From IMG/VR virus record IMGVR_UViG_3300030419_005747, positions 1 through 35,306 of that record: a stretch of DNA of 35,306 nt; one strand, 5' to 3'. Numbering within the stretch: position 1 is the stretch's first letter; each line of letters opens with the position of its first letter. This document shows, piece after piece, positions 1-7,490 of this stretch. This DNA is from a virus (taxonomy: Duplodnaviria > Caudoviricetes). Position numbers and translations under genes: made by a program. The notes beneath the pieces are model-generated. The model worked only from the letters and a program-made list of their open reading frames with translations, did not search any database and had not been told where the DNA came from.

Positions 1-169
1 CTGGGTTGTCTTTGTTCTTATGCCTAAATCTCAAAAGATACTTCAAGATGTTCCCGAGCAAGTAGCCAATGAATCCCTGGTCCCCGATCCCCGCTTCAAT
101 AACATCAATCACTTCCATTCCACCTTGATTATAATGCGGTGGGTGGTTGACCATATCCTCCTTGCTCAT
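1..169 (-). CDS. DUF3310 family protein (T7 gp1.7-like nucleotide kinase family), partial, runs off the left edge
   Basis: Not in the ORF track. Manual translation MSKEDMVNHPPHYNQGGMEVIDVIEAGIGDQGFIGYLLGNILKYLLRFRHKNKDNP... has the VNHPxHY...GNxxKYxxR..HK signature. The ATG overlaps the TAA of the upstream gene (TAATG). Confidence 0.85.
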   Translation of the reverse strand, partial: MSKEDMVNHPPHYNQGGMEVIDVIEAGIGDQGFIGYLLGNILKYLLRFRHKNKDNP

Positions 170-375
170 TAACCGCCTCCGGCCTTTTCCCATTCCCCGA
201 TTGCTTGGGCGGTGCAGTGCGTATCACCTTTTTTGACCCTATTAACAAACCAATCGGCAAAACCGTCTTGGTGTTCGTCAAACCATTTTATAAACTCCGG
301 GTCATAGCGTTTAGTGTGTACGCCCTCAACAAAAGGTCGGGTTGGGTTCATACGTCGCCATCTTTTTATCTTCAC
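169..375 (-). CDS. hypothetical phage protein (68 aa)
   Basis: ORF coupled to both neighbours (GTGA overlap upstream, TAATG downstream). Confidence 0.65.
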   Translation of the reverse strand: MKIKRWRRMNPTRPFVEGVHTKRYDPEFIKWFDEHQDGFADWFVNRVKKGDTHCTAQAIGEWEKAGGG

Positions 376-641
376 TGTGTCTCCTCTCTCGTAAACACCG
401 GGGTTTGTTTGCCCACATAGGCCCCGGTCACATTAAATTCCATGTACTCCACGGCGTCCTCGTAATCCATGTCTCTTTCCAGTACTTCAATGCACTTGTC
501 ATAACTATAGACCGCCCTCGGTGGTCCCCACTCCAAAGACATACCTATAAAAGCCTCTTCAAAACCGTCCGCTAAAAGCGCGGATTGGTCCGTTTCCTCA
601 AGGTAGCGGGTCCAGTCCTTTAATCGCGTTTTACCGTACAC
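372..641 (-). CDS. conserved hypothetical phage protein (~89 aa)
   Basis: LLADGFEEAFIG...AVYSYDKCIEVL...EDAVEYMEFNVTGAYVG..TP is a motif set I recognise from marine phages. GTG at 641 follows GGGAGGA. The track start at 791 overlaps another gene. Confidence 0.75.
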   Translation of the reverse strand: MYGKTRLKDWTRYLEETDQSALLADGFEEAFIGMSLEWGPPRAVYSYDKCIEVLERDMDYEDAVEYMEFNVTGAYVGKQTPVFTREETQ

Positions 642-642
642 A

Positions 643-825
643 CTATCCTCCCGTCGTTGGGGTTGGGTAGGTGTTCTCGGGACGTTGATAAGAATTTTTC
701 TCGACCTCCTGGATAAGTTTCCTAACTTTTTTCCCCAGTTTAGCGTCATTGGGGTAATCGTAGGCCAGCGCTTTAAGTTCTTTAAGTCCAAGGGACTGAT
801 GTTCTTTGTTTCTTATTCTAATCAT
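643..825 (-). CDS. small hypothetical phage protein (60 aa, YPND.xLGKxVR motif)
   Basis: ATG preceded by GAGAAGGT; abuts the next gene. Confidence 0.65.
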   Translation of the reverse strand: MIRIRNKEHQSLGLKELKALAYDYPNDAKLGKKVRKLIQEVEKNSYQRPENTYPTPTTGG

Positions 826-1010
826 ACCTTCTCTCGATAAAGTGCCCCATTGTCTATAAGTGGTTTCTAGGATTAAAGCACGTCCCCACCAATAGACTAT
901 CGAACTGGGGCGTACCCGTATTTCAACAGACGTGCTTTTTCCATGGTCTAGTCGCGCATACTCTCATAGGGAACGCGGTCCACGACCAGACTACGAGTAG
1001 GAAGACCCGA
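826..1010 (-). ncRNA. candidate structured RNA / leader element
   Basis: 185-nt intergenic gap with a perfect 10-bp inverted repeat (875-884/929-938) and a 9-bp stem (946-954/983-991) that needs a G-U pair on the minus strand. Further crossing complementarities occur at 844-849/906-911, 852-863/886-897 and 834-839/898-903. Confidence 0.5.
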
Positions 1011-1226
1011 TTATGAAAAACCGCGTTCTTGAATCTCGTACATGTAGTCACTCTTAGCGTCAAGGTGAGCCTCCATCGCTTCGCCGTTCTCGATGTAATC
1101 ATTTTCAATATACGTCAAGAACAGTTCTTCGATAGACACATCCCGAGCTAAAGCGGCGGTCCTGGCCTTACCAAAACTCTCCGCATTAAGAGACAATCTT
1201 ATTATTTGTTTTTGTTTTCCTATCAT
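1011..1226 (-). CDS. putative ribbon-helix-helix DNA-binding protein (71 aa)
   Basis: MIGKQKQIIRLSLNAESFGKARTAALARDVSIEELF fits a beta-strand plus helix-helix pattern. Start chosen at ATG 1226 to avoid overlap with the upstream gene. Confidence 0.55.
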   Translation of the reverse strand: MIGKQKQIIRLSLNAESFGKARTAALARDVSIEELFLTYIENDYIENGEAMEAHLDAKSDYMYEIQERGFS

Positions 1227-1263
1227 GTCCCATAAGGTTACATAAAAGGACGCAAAAAAGCAA

Positions 1264-1530
1264 CTAAAAAATGTCGCCAACGTCTTTTCCTCCTTGGTCC
1301 CCGGACTCAAAACTATCGATCATGGCGTCAATCGAAGCCGCGCCTTCCTTCTGTCGAACGCGTTTCCATTCCCGACTTATTAACCGCCGGACAAACTCAC
1401 TGGAACTGCGCCACTGTCTTCGACTCATAATGTCCAGGTTCCTTTTTTCAATGGACGTGAGCCGGATATTTATTTGCGTGTCCTTTTTATCCTTTTGCTT
1501 TGGTGTTTTTTGTTTTACTTCCCGAACCAT
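1264..1530 (-). CDS. ribbon-helix-helix (CopG/MobC-like) transcriptional regulator
   Basis: KDTQINIRLTSIEKRNLDIMSRRQWRSSSEFVRRLI matches the RHH pattern; GGGGAGG RBS. Confidence 0.7.
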   Translation of the reverse strand: MVREVKQKTPKQKDKKDTQINIRLTSIEKRNLDIMSRRQWRSSSEFVRRLISREWKRVRQKEGAASIDAMIDSFESGDQGGKDVGDIF

Positions 1531-2960
1531 TGTCGTACCTCCCCTAAAACCTCGTTGGAAATGTCTATTTTCTTCTTCAGCGAAGCTAAAATTTTCTCGT
1601 CCACCGTGTTTTCACACACCAGATCAATATAAGTACAACTTTTGTCTTGTCCAATGCGGTGAATCCGGTCCTCTGCCTGTATTCTTAGCTCTAAATCATA
1701 GCTGTTGGAGTAAAAAATCATGTGAGAAGCCGCCGTTAAGGTTAGTCCACGGCCCCCGGTGTGCGGATTAGAGACAAAGAATCGAAGCGGGTGGTCCGGG
1801 TCTTGAAAGTTATCAAGAATAGTTTCCCGGTCCTTTTGTGAGGTCTTCCCGTAATAAGAAGCCACGCTGTCGTCCCCATAAACCTCGGCTATTTTCTTGG
1901 TCAACTGCTCTATGTCTGTTTGAAATACCGCAAAAACTACAGCCTTACCACTGATTTCTTCCAATATATTAAGCGTTTCTCCTATGCGGTTGTTCTTGAG
2001 CACCTGGACCTCCCCCGAAGGTGCGCGCAGACTTCCCGCAACAATTTGTTGCAGTCGCATTAACTGAGTCAGCACCGTTTGAGTGGTGTACACTTCGTCC
2101 GCGATAATCATTAGCGCTTCTTTTCTCATCTGCTCATAGGCTTTTTTCTGTTCATCACTAAGCTCAACGCTTCGTTGCATGTAAACCTTTTCCGGTAGAT
2201 CTAAACATTTGTCCTTGGTGTAGCGAGCAGAGAACTCTTTGAGCATGCCTTGCAGTTCGTCCATTCGATGATACCCAACGATTTCTTGAAAACTGTTGTG
2301 GCCCATGCGCCGCATTTTAGTAATCGCATATCTTGCTTTGAACGCATAATAACTTTTGAACCCTAATAATAAGGGATTAAGGAAAGCGCATTGCGCGTAT
2401 AGATCAAGAGGTGTTTTGGTCACAGGAAACCCGGTCAGTATTCTTTTATAGGAGGCTTCTCGGGACAACCCCAATAAGTTTTTGGTGCGCTTGGCTTTAG
2501 GGTTCTTAATTAAGGTGCTCTCGTCCACGGCAATCATGGTTTCGTGCCCTAAAACAAAAGCTCGCGCAAATTTAAGCCCTTTTTCCGTGGAAAATGCTTC
2601 AACATTCATCGTCATAATCTCTAATCTTTCCGGGTGTTCCTCTAAAACCAGGCCGCAATAGGCTTGTTTCCACTTCTGCGTATGGTTGGGTTGCCACACC
2701 ACCACTTCCCTCTCGATTCGTTCGGGCAAATGCTTTGGTATTTCGTTCTTGTCCCAATTCCTTAAGTTTCCTTTCGGTGTTATAATTAACACCGCATTTA
2801 TTTTGTCGGCCTCAAAAAGCACTGCGGCGTTGTCCAGGAGAACTTTCGATTTGCCAAGGCCCATCTCTAAAAAGAGGGCAAACTCTTTGCGAAAGGCTGA
2901 ACGAGCCAATGTCTTCTCTTGGTGCTTGTAAGGCTCCGTTTGATACTTATAGTTTTTCAT
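1515..2960 (-). CDS. SNF2-family (SF2) helicase/ATPase
   Basis: Motifs EMGLGKS (I), VDES (II), LTGFP (III), GGRGLTL (V) and QAEDRIHRIGQ (VI). Start placed at ATG 2960 (MKNYKY). Confidence 0.92.
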   Translation of the reverse strand: MKNYKYQTEPYKHQEKTLARSAFRKEFALFLEMGLGKSKVLLDNAAVLFEADKINAVLIITPKGNLRNWDKNEIPKHLPERIEREVVVWQPNHTQKWKQAYCGLVLEEHPERLEIMTMNVEAFSTEKGLKFARAFVLGHETMIAVDESTLIKNPKAKRTKNLLGLSREASYKRILTGFPVTKTPLDLYAQCAFLNPLLLGFKSYYAFKARYAITKMRRMGHNSFQEIVGYHRMDELQGMLKEFSARYTKDKCLDLPEKVYMQRSVELSDEQKKAYEQMRKEALMIIADEVYTTQTVLTQLMRLQQIVAGSLRAPSGEVQVLKNNRIGETLNILEEISGKAVVFAVFQTDIEQLTKKIAEVYGDDSVASYYGKTSQKDRETILDNFQDPDHPLRFFVSNPHTGGRGLTLTAASHMIFYSNSYDLELRIQAEDRIHRIGQDKSCTYIDLVCENTVDEKILASLKKKIDISNEVLGEVRQWFGK

Positions 2961-3012
2961 TCTTATATTAGTCCTTCTATCGTATAACAATTCTTCTTAT
3001 TGTTTTTTATTG

Positions 3013-3042
3013 TTGACAATAAAAGTATATCCGGTATATACT
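3013..3042 (+). promoter_or_regulatory. sigma70-type promoter for the rightward replication arm
   Basis: TTGACA (3013-3018), 18-nt spacer, TATACT (3037-3042). Confidence 0.75.
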
Positions 3043-3052
3043 TCTCCTGCAA
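3024..3052 (-). promoter_or_regulatory. sigma70-type promoter for the leftward arm, overlapping the rightward promoter
   Basis: On the minus strand TTGCAG (3052-3047), 17-nt spacer, TATACT (3029-3024). The two -10 boxes lie in the palindrome AAGTATAT-N5-ATATACTT (3023-3043). Confidence 0.6.
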
Positions 3053-3102
3053 CCTGAAATTGGAGAAGAAGTTGCACAACAATTTTATACGAGGAAAAAC
3101 AA

Positions 3103-3345
3103 ATGAACGAAACGTTGAAAGCATTAATAACTCTGGCTCTACAGTTATCCGAAGCGGAAAGAAAGCAATTCTCCGCGATCCTAACCCTAAGTACCCTTAG
3201 TCTAATGGCAGTCGAAGACACCACAGACGAAGCTCTTTTGCGCGCAAAAGAAAAACAAGAAGAACTAGACCAACTAGACGAGCCTTGGAAAATACGCCCT
3301 ATTACAACAGAGATCGCAGACATTGGTCCTGGGGAGTGGGACTAA
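3103..3345 (+). CDS. hypothetical early protein (80 aa)
   Basis: GAGGA RBS at 3091; first gene after the promoter. Confidence 0.7.
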   Translation: MNETLKALITLALQLSEAERKQFSAILTLSTLSLMAVEDTTDEALLRAKEKQEELDQLDEPWKIRPITTEIADIGPGEWD

Positions 3346-3605
3346 TGAGCGATAAATGTGAAGTAGAACAAAACGAACACCACGTCAGGATTAAGGTGGG
3401 CTGTATGGAGATATACGCAGAAAGTAATGACATGCACGACCTCATTACAGTTTCTCATACAGACGACAGTCCACTTAGGTTCGAGGACCAAAAGATTGTG
3501 GACATTGCTAACGGAGAAATATTTGATCTAAGCAAGAATCTTAGCATCGTGGACAAAGAACTAATAAAAGACTTAACGAAAGAGGTGGGCAATGAAACTA
3601 TCTAG
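3345..3605 (+). CDS. hypothetical protein (86 aa)
   Basis: ATG coupled to the upstream stop (TAATG) with GGGGAG upstream. The track start at 3285 is less likely. Confidence 0.7.
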   Translation: MSDKCEVEQNEHHVRIKVGCMEIYAESNDMHDLITVSHTDDSPLRFEDQKIVDIANGEIFDLSKNLSIVDKELIKDLTKEVGNETI

Positions 3606-4404
3606 TCTTCGTAAAGGAATGGTTTTTGAAAAGGCCAAGTCGAAGGACGCTTACGCGGTTATCGACATCATCACTGACTCTGTAAGTGGCTTCTCAAGGG
3701 AAGTCATTACTCTTGGCAACCTATCCAACAGAAAAGCAGAGGTTGCCACGATAAGTGAACTTAACAACCCTAAGCAGTGGATACCAACGGAGGGCTCACA
3801 GGTTCAAGAGAGGGTCATTGTTGAGCAAGTTATTGTGTTGCCGGACAACTCCGAGGTTGTTCTCCATAAAGAGGTCAAAACCAGTTCCCCGACAAAACAG
3901 AAACCTCCCACCAAAACACCCGTTGTTGAAACCGAGAACGTTCTTATCGAGGCAAAAAAACGCGCCCAACTCCTCCATCAACAAAATGGAGGGAACGCCA
4001 TGACGGCTGCTTTCGCAAACGCCAGTGTGGCCGAAAAAGAAGCGCCTATGTCATTTGCACTTGAAACACAACTCTTTCGAGACCTGATGTCCTGTAGGTA
4101 TGACGATCTAACGTATATAGGGATACGCACTAAAAACAGCCCTACGTCAAGAATGAGTATGACAACAGTGCCCAGGGGCAAAATGAAACTAATCTTAAAA
4201 CAAGAGTGGGACGCCTTTAAAGAAGACGGTTTGTCTTTGCACGAGGTAAGAAAGATGGGGAACCGACTTAAAGCACATACGCCCGATCAAGTAGGCCGCC
4301 CTGTTTCTTTTCAAAGAATCGTGCAACGGCTGATGCAGGAGATCTACCACTTTGGCACAGAAAAAGAAAGAGAAGCAGCACAGATATATAAGGGAATACA
4401 CTAA
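3592..4404 (+). CDS. hypothetical protein (270 aa)
   Basis: GAGGT RBS, long ORF within the operon, Pro/Lys-rich central linker; no family recognised. Confidence 0.75.
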   Translation: MKLSSLRKGMVFEKAKSKDAYAVIDIITDSVSGFSREVITLGNLSNRKAEVATISELNNPKQWIPTEGSQVQERVIVEQVIVLPDNSEVVLHKEVKTSSPTKQKPPTKTPVVETENVLIEAKKRAQLLHQQNGGNAMTAAFANASVAEKEAPMSFALETQLFRDLMSCRYDDLTYIGIRTKNSPTSRMSMTTVPRGKMKLILKQEWDAFKEDGLSLHEVRKMGNRLKAHTPDQVGRPVSFQRIVQRLMQEIYHFGTEKEREAAQIYKGIH

Positions 4405-4994
4405 TGACAAAGAAAAAAGAAGACAACATCATCGACCTGTTTGAACAATCGGTTGAAAAGAAAGTCACAAAAGTTAAGGACCAGGACCTTGGTTCCCTGT
4501 CCAAAGACATGAATGATATGCTCGAGATCGGTGGCCTTATTGGCAACGCTGAGGAAAAACTTAAGCGTTTAAAAGAACAGTACCGACAGTACAGCGAGGA
4601 AACTATCCCGGAGAAGATGAAGGAACTTGGAATCAGCGATCTGCGCATGGACGACGGCTCGCGTATTTCAGTTGATCCTTTCTACTCTGCACGGATCACG
4701 GAACAAAATAAGGAAGAAGCGCACCAGTGGCTAAGAGACAATGGTCGTGGCGACCTTATAAAGAACGTCGTCAGCATTAATTTCGCGGCAGGCGAAGACG
4801 ACGAAGCAAAAAAGACAATGGACACCCTGGCAAAACAGGGGCTAGAGCCTATGCAAAAGGAGGCGGTCCACCCATCTACGCTCAAAGCCGAAGTAAAGGC
4901 GCTTATTGAGAGTGGCGAAACCGCGTTTGACAGTGGCACACAGAAATTATTTTCCGTGTACACAGGACAACGCACAAAAGTAATAAAGAACTAA
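4404..4994 (+). CDS. conserved phage replication-module protein of unknown function (196 aa)
   Basis: Coiled-coil N-terminus plus IPEKMKELG...AHQWLRDNGRGDLIKN...VHPSTLKA, which I recognise as commonly upstream of the SSB-like gene in PolA-encoding phages. Confidence 0.75.
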   Translation: MTKKKEDNIIDLFEQSVEKKVTKVKDQDLGSLSKDMNDMLEIGGLIGNAEEKLKRLKEQYRQYSEETIPEKMKELGISDLRMDDGSRISVDPFYSARITEQNKEEAHQWLRDNGRGDLIKNVVSINFAAGEDDEAKKTMDTLAKQGLEPMQKEAVHPSTLKAEVKALIESGETAFDSGTQKLFSVYTGQRTKVIKN

Positions 4995-5014
4995 ATATAT
5001 AAGGATGAAAGTAT

Positions 5015-5815
5015 ATGGCTAGTAAAAAAGCGAATGGTAGTAGCTCTACTAAGAAGACCGACCTTACCGCATTGTTTGAAAAACATGCCGGAAAAGGCTT
5101 CGGAGAAGTGGGCGCGGACGATTTAAACACTCCGCGAATACAAATCATACAGGCGTTATCCCCTGTTCTGAACAAAACAAAACCGGAGTATCATGCTGAT
5201 GCAAGTGCCGGGGATTTTCTGTTCACAGGGAACAACTCTGTCATCGACGGACAAGAGGGATTTTTATTCCAACCTTGTTGGTACGATAGAAACTATGTTG
5301 AGTGGCGACTCAGAGAAGACGGAGGCGGTTTAGTCTCTGTTCACCCTGCCGACACCGAACTGGTTTATCAAGCAGAACGGGACCCGCAGTACCGTGACAT
5401 CTTGACTAAAAGCGACGGTTCTAAAACTCAACTGGTCAACACTGGAAACCATTACGGACTGTTGCACCTTAACGATACAACCTATCGTTGTGTGATTAAC
5501 ATGTCTGGTTCTCAGTTAAAGCACTCAAGAGCATGGAACAACATGGTTGTGACCCAAGTGGTTAAAGGCAAGAAAGGCACGTTTACACCGCCTTCCTTTG
5601 CTCAACTGTACCGCATAAACATCAAAGAGGAGTCCAACGCAAAGGGCACCTGGTTTGGTTTTAATGTGGCCATGGAATCATTACTGACTGACGCAGAACA
5701 ATTCAACGAAGGACAAAGCTTCGCTGACTTCTGTGAAGAAGGAGGTATGTCTGCCTTGGGTAAACCTGCCAGCAAGGGCGCAATAGAAAACCAATCTGAA
5801 AAGGATTGGGAATAA
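5015..5815 (+). CDS. putative single-stranded DNA-binding protein
   Basis: DLNTPRIQIIQALSP and ESNAKGTWFGF motifs, acidic/aromatic C-terminal tail (SEKDWE), position before the primase. Confidence 0.65.
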   Translation: MASKKANGSSSTKKTDLTALFEKHAGKGFGEVGADDLNTPRIQIIQALSPVLNKTKPEYHADASAGDFLFTGNNSVIDGQEGFLFQPCWYDRNYVEWRLREDGGGLVSVHPADTELVYQAERDPQYRDILTKSDGSKTQLVNTGNHYGLLHLNDTTYRCVINMSGSQLKHSRAWNNMVVTQVVKGKKGTFTPPSFAQLYRINIKEESNAKGTWFGFNVAMESLLTDAEQFNEGQSFADFCEEGGMSALGKPASKGAIENQSEKDWE

Positions 5816-5825
5816 TTGTTGTTAG

Positions 5826-5878
5826 CTTAGGGACTCTATACTTTTAACGCAAGGGGAGTATGGGGTCCCTTCTCTAAG
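5826..5878 (+). promoter_or_regulatory. long intergenic RNA hairpin (terminator/attenuator or RNase III-type processing site)
   Basis: AGGGACTCTATACTTTT (5829-5845) pairs with GGGAGTATGGGGTCCCT (5854-5870) using several G-U pairs. Confidence 0.6.
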
Positions 5879-5885
5879 GGGCACC

Positions 5886-7490
5886 ATGAAAGAAATAGCA
5901 TTGGAACTTATGTCGATTTTCGCGGGACTTGACCGCGCTTACGGCATTTACACAATAGAAGGGACAAAGCAGACAGCAAAAGGCACAAAGAAACAAGGCA
6001 AAGGCCGAACACTGCAAGAACCACTGTCCCTGGTCCAATGGCAACAACACTTAAACGGAGAAATTTCTCTCGGGGTCATACCGATCACCGATGAAGAGAC
6101 GTGTAAATGGGGGTGTATTGACGTGGACGAATACCCGGTTGACATAGACTACCTACAAAAACTCATTAAAGACATGCAACTGCCCTTGGTCCCCTGTCTG
6201 ACCAAATCGGGTGGGGTGCATTTGTTTCTCTTTACCAAAGAACATGTGCCGGCAATCAAAATTAAAAGCAAACTGGAAGAAATTGCCGCGGCTATGGGTC
6301 GAACGGGAGACGAGATCTTTCCTAAACAATATCAATGGAGCAAACAAGAAGAAAAGCAGGGAACAAAACAAACAGGGAACTGGTTGAACATGCCTTATTT
6401 TGGCGGAGAGGAGTCCGCGCGTTGTGGCTTAAGTAAAAAGGGAGAGTCCCTCAGCCCAGAACAATTCATTAGAACGGTCAAGCGAGCCTCTATCACAGAG
6501 GAAGAGCTTGATGAAATTAAACCAATAAAGAAAAGCCGAAAGGCTAACGGGGAGGGTTTGAAAGAGTCCTTCTGGGACCAGGCACCACCGTGTTTGGTAC
6601 ACATGAAGCTAAACGGGATACCTGAAGGCACCCGCAACGACGCTCTTTTCTCTTACGGCGTGCTGTTTAAAAAACTGCACCCGGAAAGCGATGAATGGCG
6701 CGACAAACTTCAGGAGGTGAACAAAACAGCGTGTCACAAGCCCCTGTCACACACTGAGTTGAACGCCTTAATGAATAGTCTTGAGAAATCGGACTATCGT
6801 TACAAGTGTACCACACCGCCCTTGGTAAACCATTGCCAAAGTGGTGTTTGCATAACTAGGCGATACGGGATTGACCCTTCTGAACAAGAGGTCATTCCCA
6901 CTAGCCTCAGAAAATATCTGACGGACCCTCCCTTATGGCACTTAGACATAGACGGCAAGACATTGATTCTCGAAACACGGGAACTCCACAGCTTTGCGTT
7001 ATATCAACAGCGCTGCATGGACGTGTTGAACCAATGTCCTCCCGATATAAAGAAGAAAGACTGGGTGGCACGACTCAACCACCTTCTCCAAAACGTACAG
7101 GAAATCGAAGTGCCTCCCGATATGACAAAATCCGGGTTGTTGCAAGACGCTATCGCAGAGTTCTGTAAAAACACAGAGTCTTCTGCAAAGGTCGCCCTTT
7201 TAGCGAGTGCGGTTTATCGAAACGAGGAAGAAGACACGCATGAATGGTGGTTTCGTGGCAGAGATTTGGTAAAATATATTCGAGATTTCAAAGGCATGAA
7301 AGGGATTAAAGAAGCCGAAGTCTACAGCGAACTAAAAGCACTAGGGGCCACAACAGCGGTAAAGTACATCGACAAAAGTGCAGGAAACACTTCTGTCTGG
7401 GTTTTAAAAACCGAGGACAATACAGCGCTGAACGTGAGTGCAGACGATTTTAAACTGAACAAACCAAAAAAGGATTGGGAAGATGAGTAG
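5886..7490 (+). CDS. archaeo-eukaryotic primase (AEP/prim-pol) with PriCT-like domain
   Basis: AEP motifs WGCIDVD (DxD), TKSGGVHLF and GNWLNMPY; PriCT-like GTRNDALF; Cys cluster CTTPPLVNHCQSGVC. Confidence 0.85.
   Translation: MKEIALELMSIFAGLDRAYGIYTIEGTKQTAKGTKKQGKGRTLQEPLSLVQWQQHLNGEISLGVIPITDEETCKWGCIDVDEYPVDIDYLQKLIKDMQLPLVPCLTKSGGVHLFLFTKEHVPAIKIKSKLEEIAAAMGRTGDEIFPKQYQWSKQEEKQGTKQTGNWLNMPYFGGEESARCGLSKKGESLSPEQFIRTVKRASITEEELDEIKPIKKSRKANGEGLKESFWDQAPPCLVHMKLNGIPEGTRNDALFSYGVLFKKLHPESDEWRDKLQEVNKTACHKPLSHTELNALMNSLEKSDYRYKCTTPPLVNHCQSGVCITRRYGIDPSEQEVIPTSLRKYLTDPPLWHLDIDGKTLILETRELHSFALYQQRCMDVLNQCPPDIKKKDWVARLNHLLQNVQEIEVPPDMTKSGLLQDAIAEFCKNTESSAKVALLASAVYRNEEEDTHEWWFRGRDLVKYIRDFKGMKGIKEAEVYSELKALGATTAVKYIDKSAGNTSVWVLKTEDNTALNVSADDFKLNKPKKDWEDE

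Noticed and set aside
875-938. tRNA-like element (GTTCGA within a closed stem)
   Set aside because: No proper T-arm geometry, anticodon arm or D-arm.
966-1009. Cobalamin-riboswitch-like words on the + strand (TAGGGAAcgcGGT ... GAAGACC)
   Set aside because: Too short, core B12-box elements are missing, there is no downstream + strand gene, and G-U pairing favours the minus strand.
2997-3323. ORFs crossing the divergent promoter region (2997-3323 -, 3000-3200 +)
   Set aside because: They overlap the promoters and the better-supported 3103 gene.
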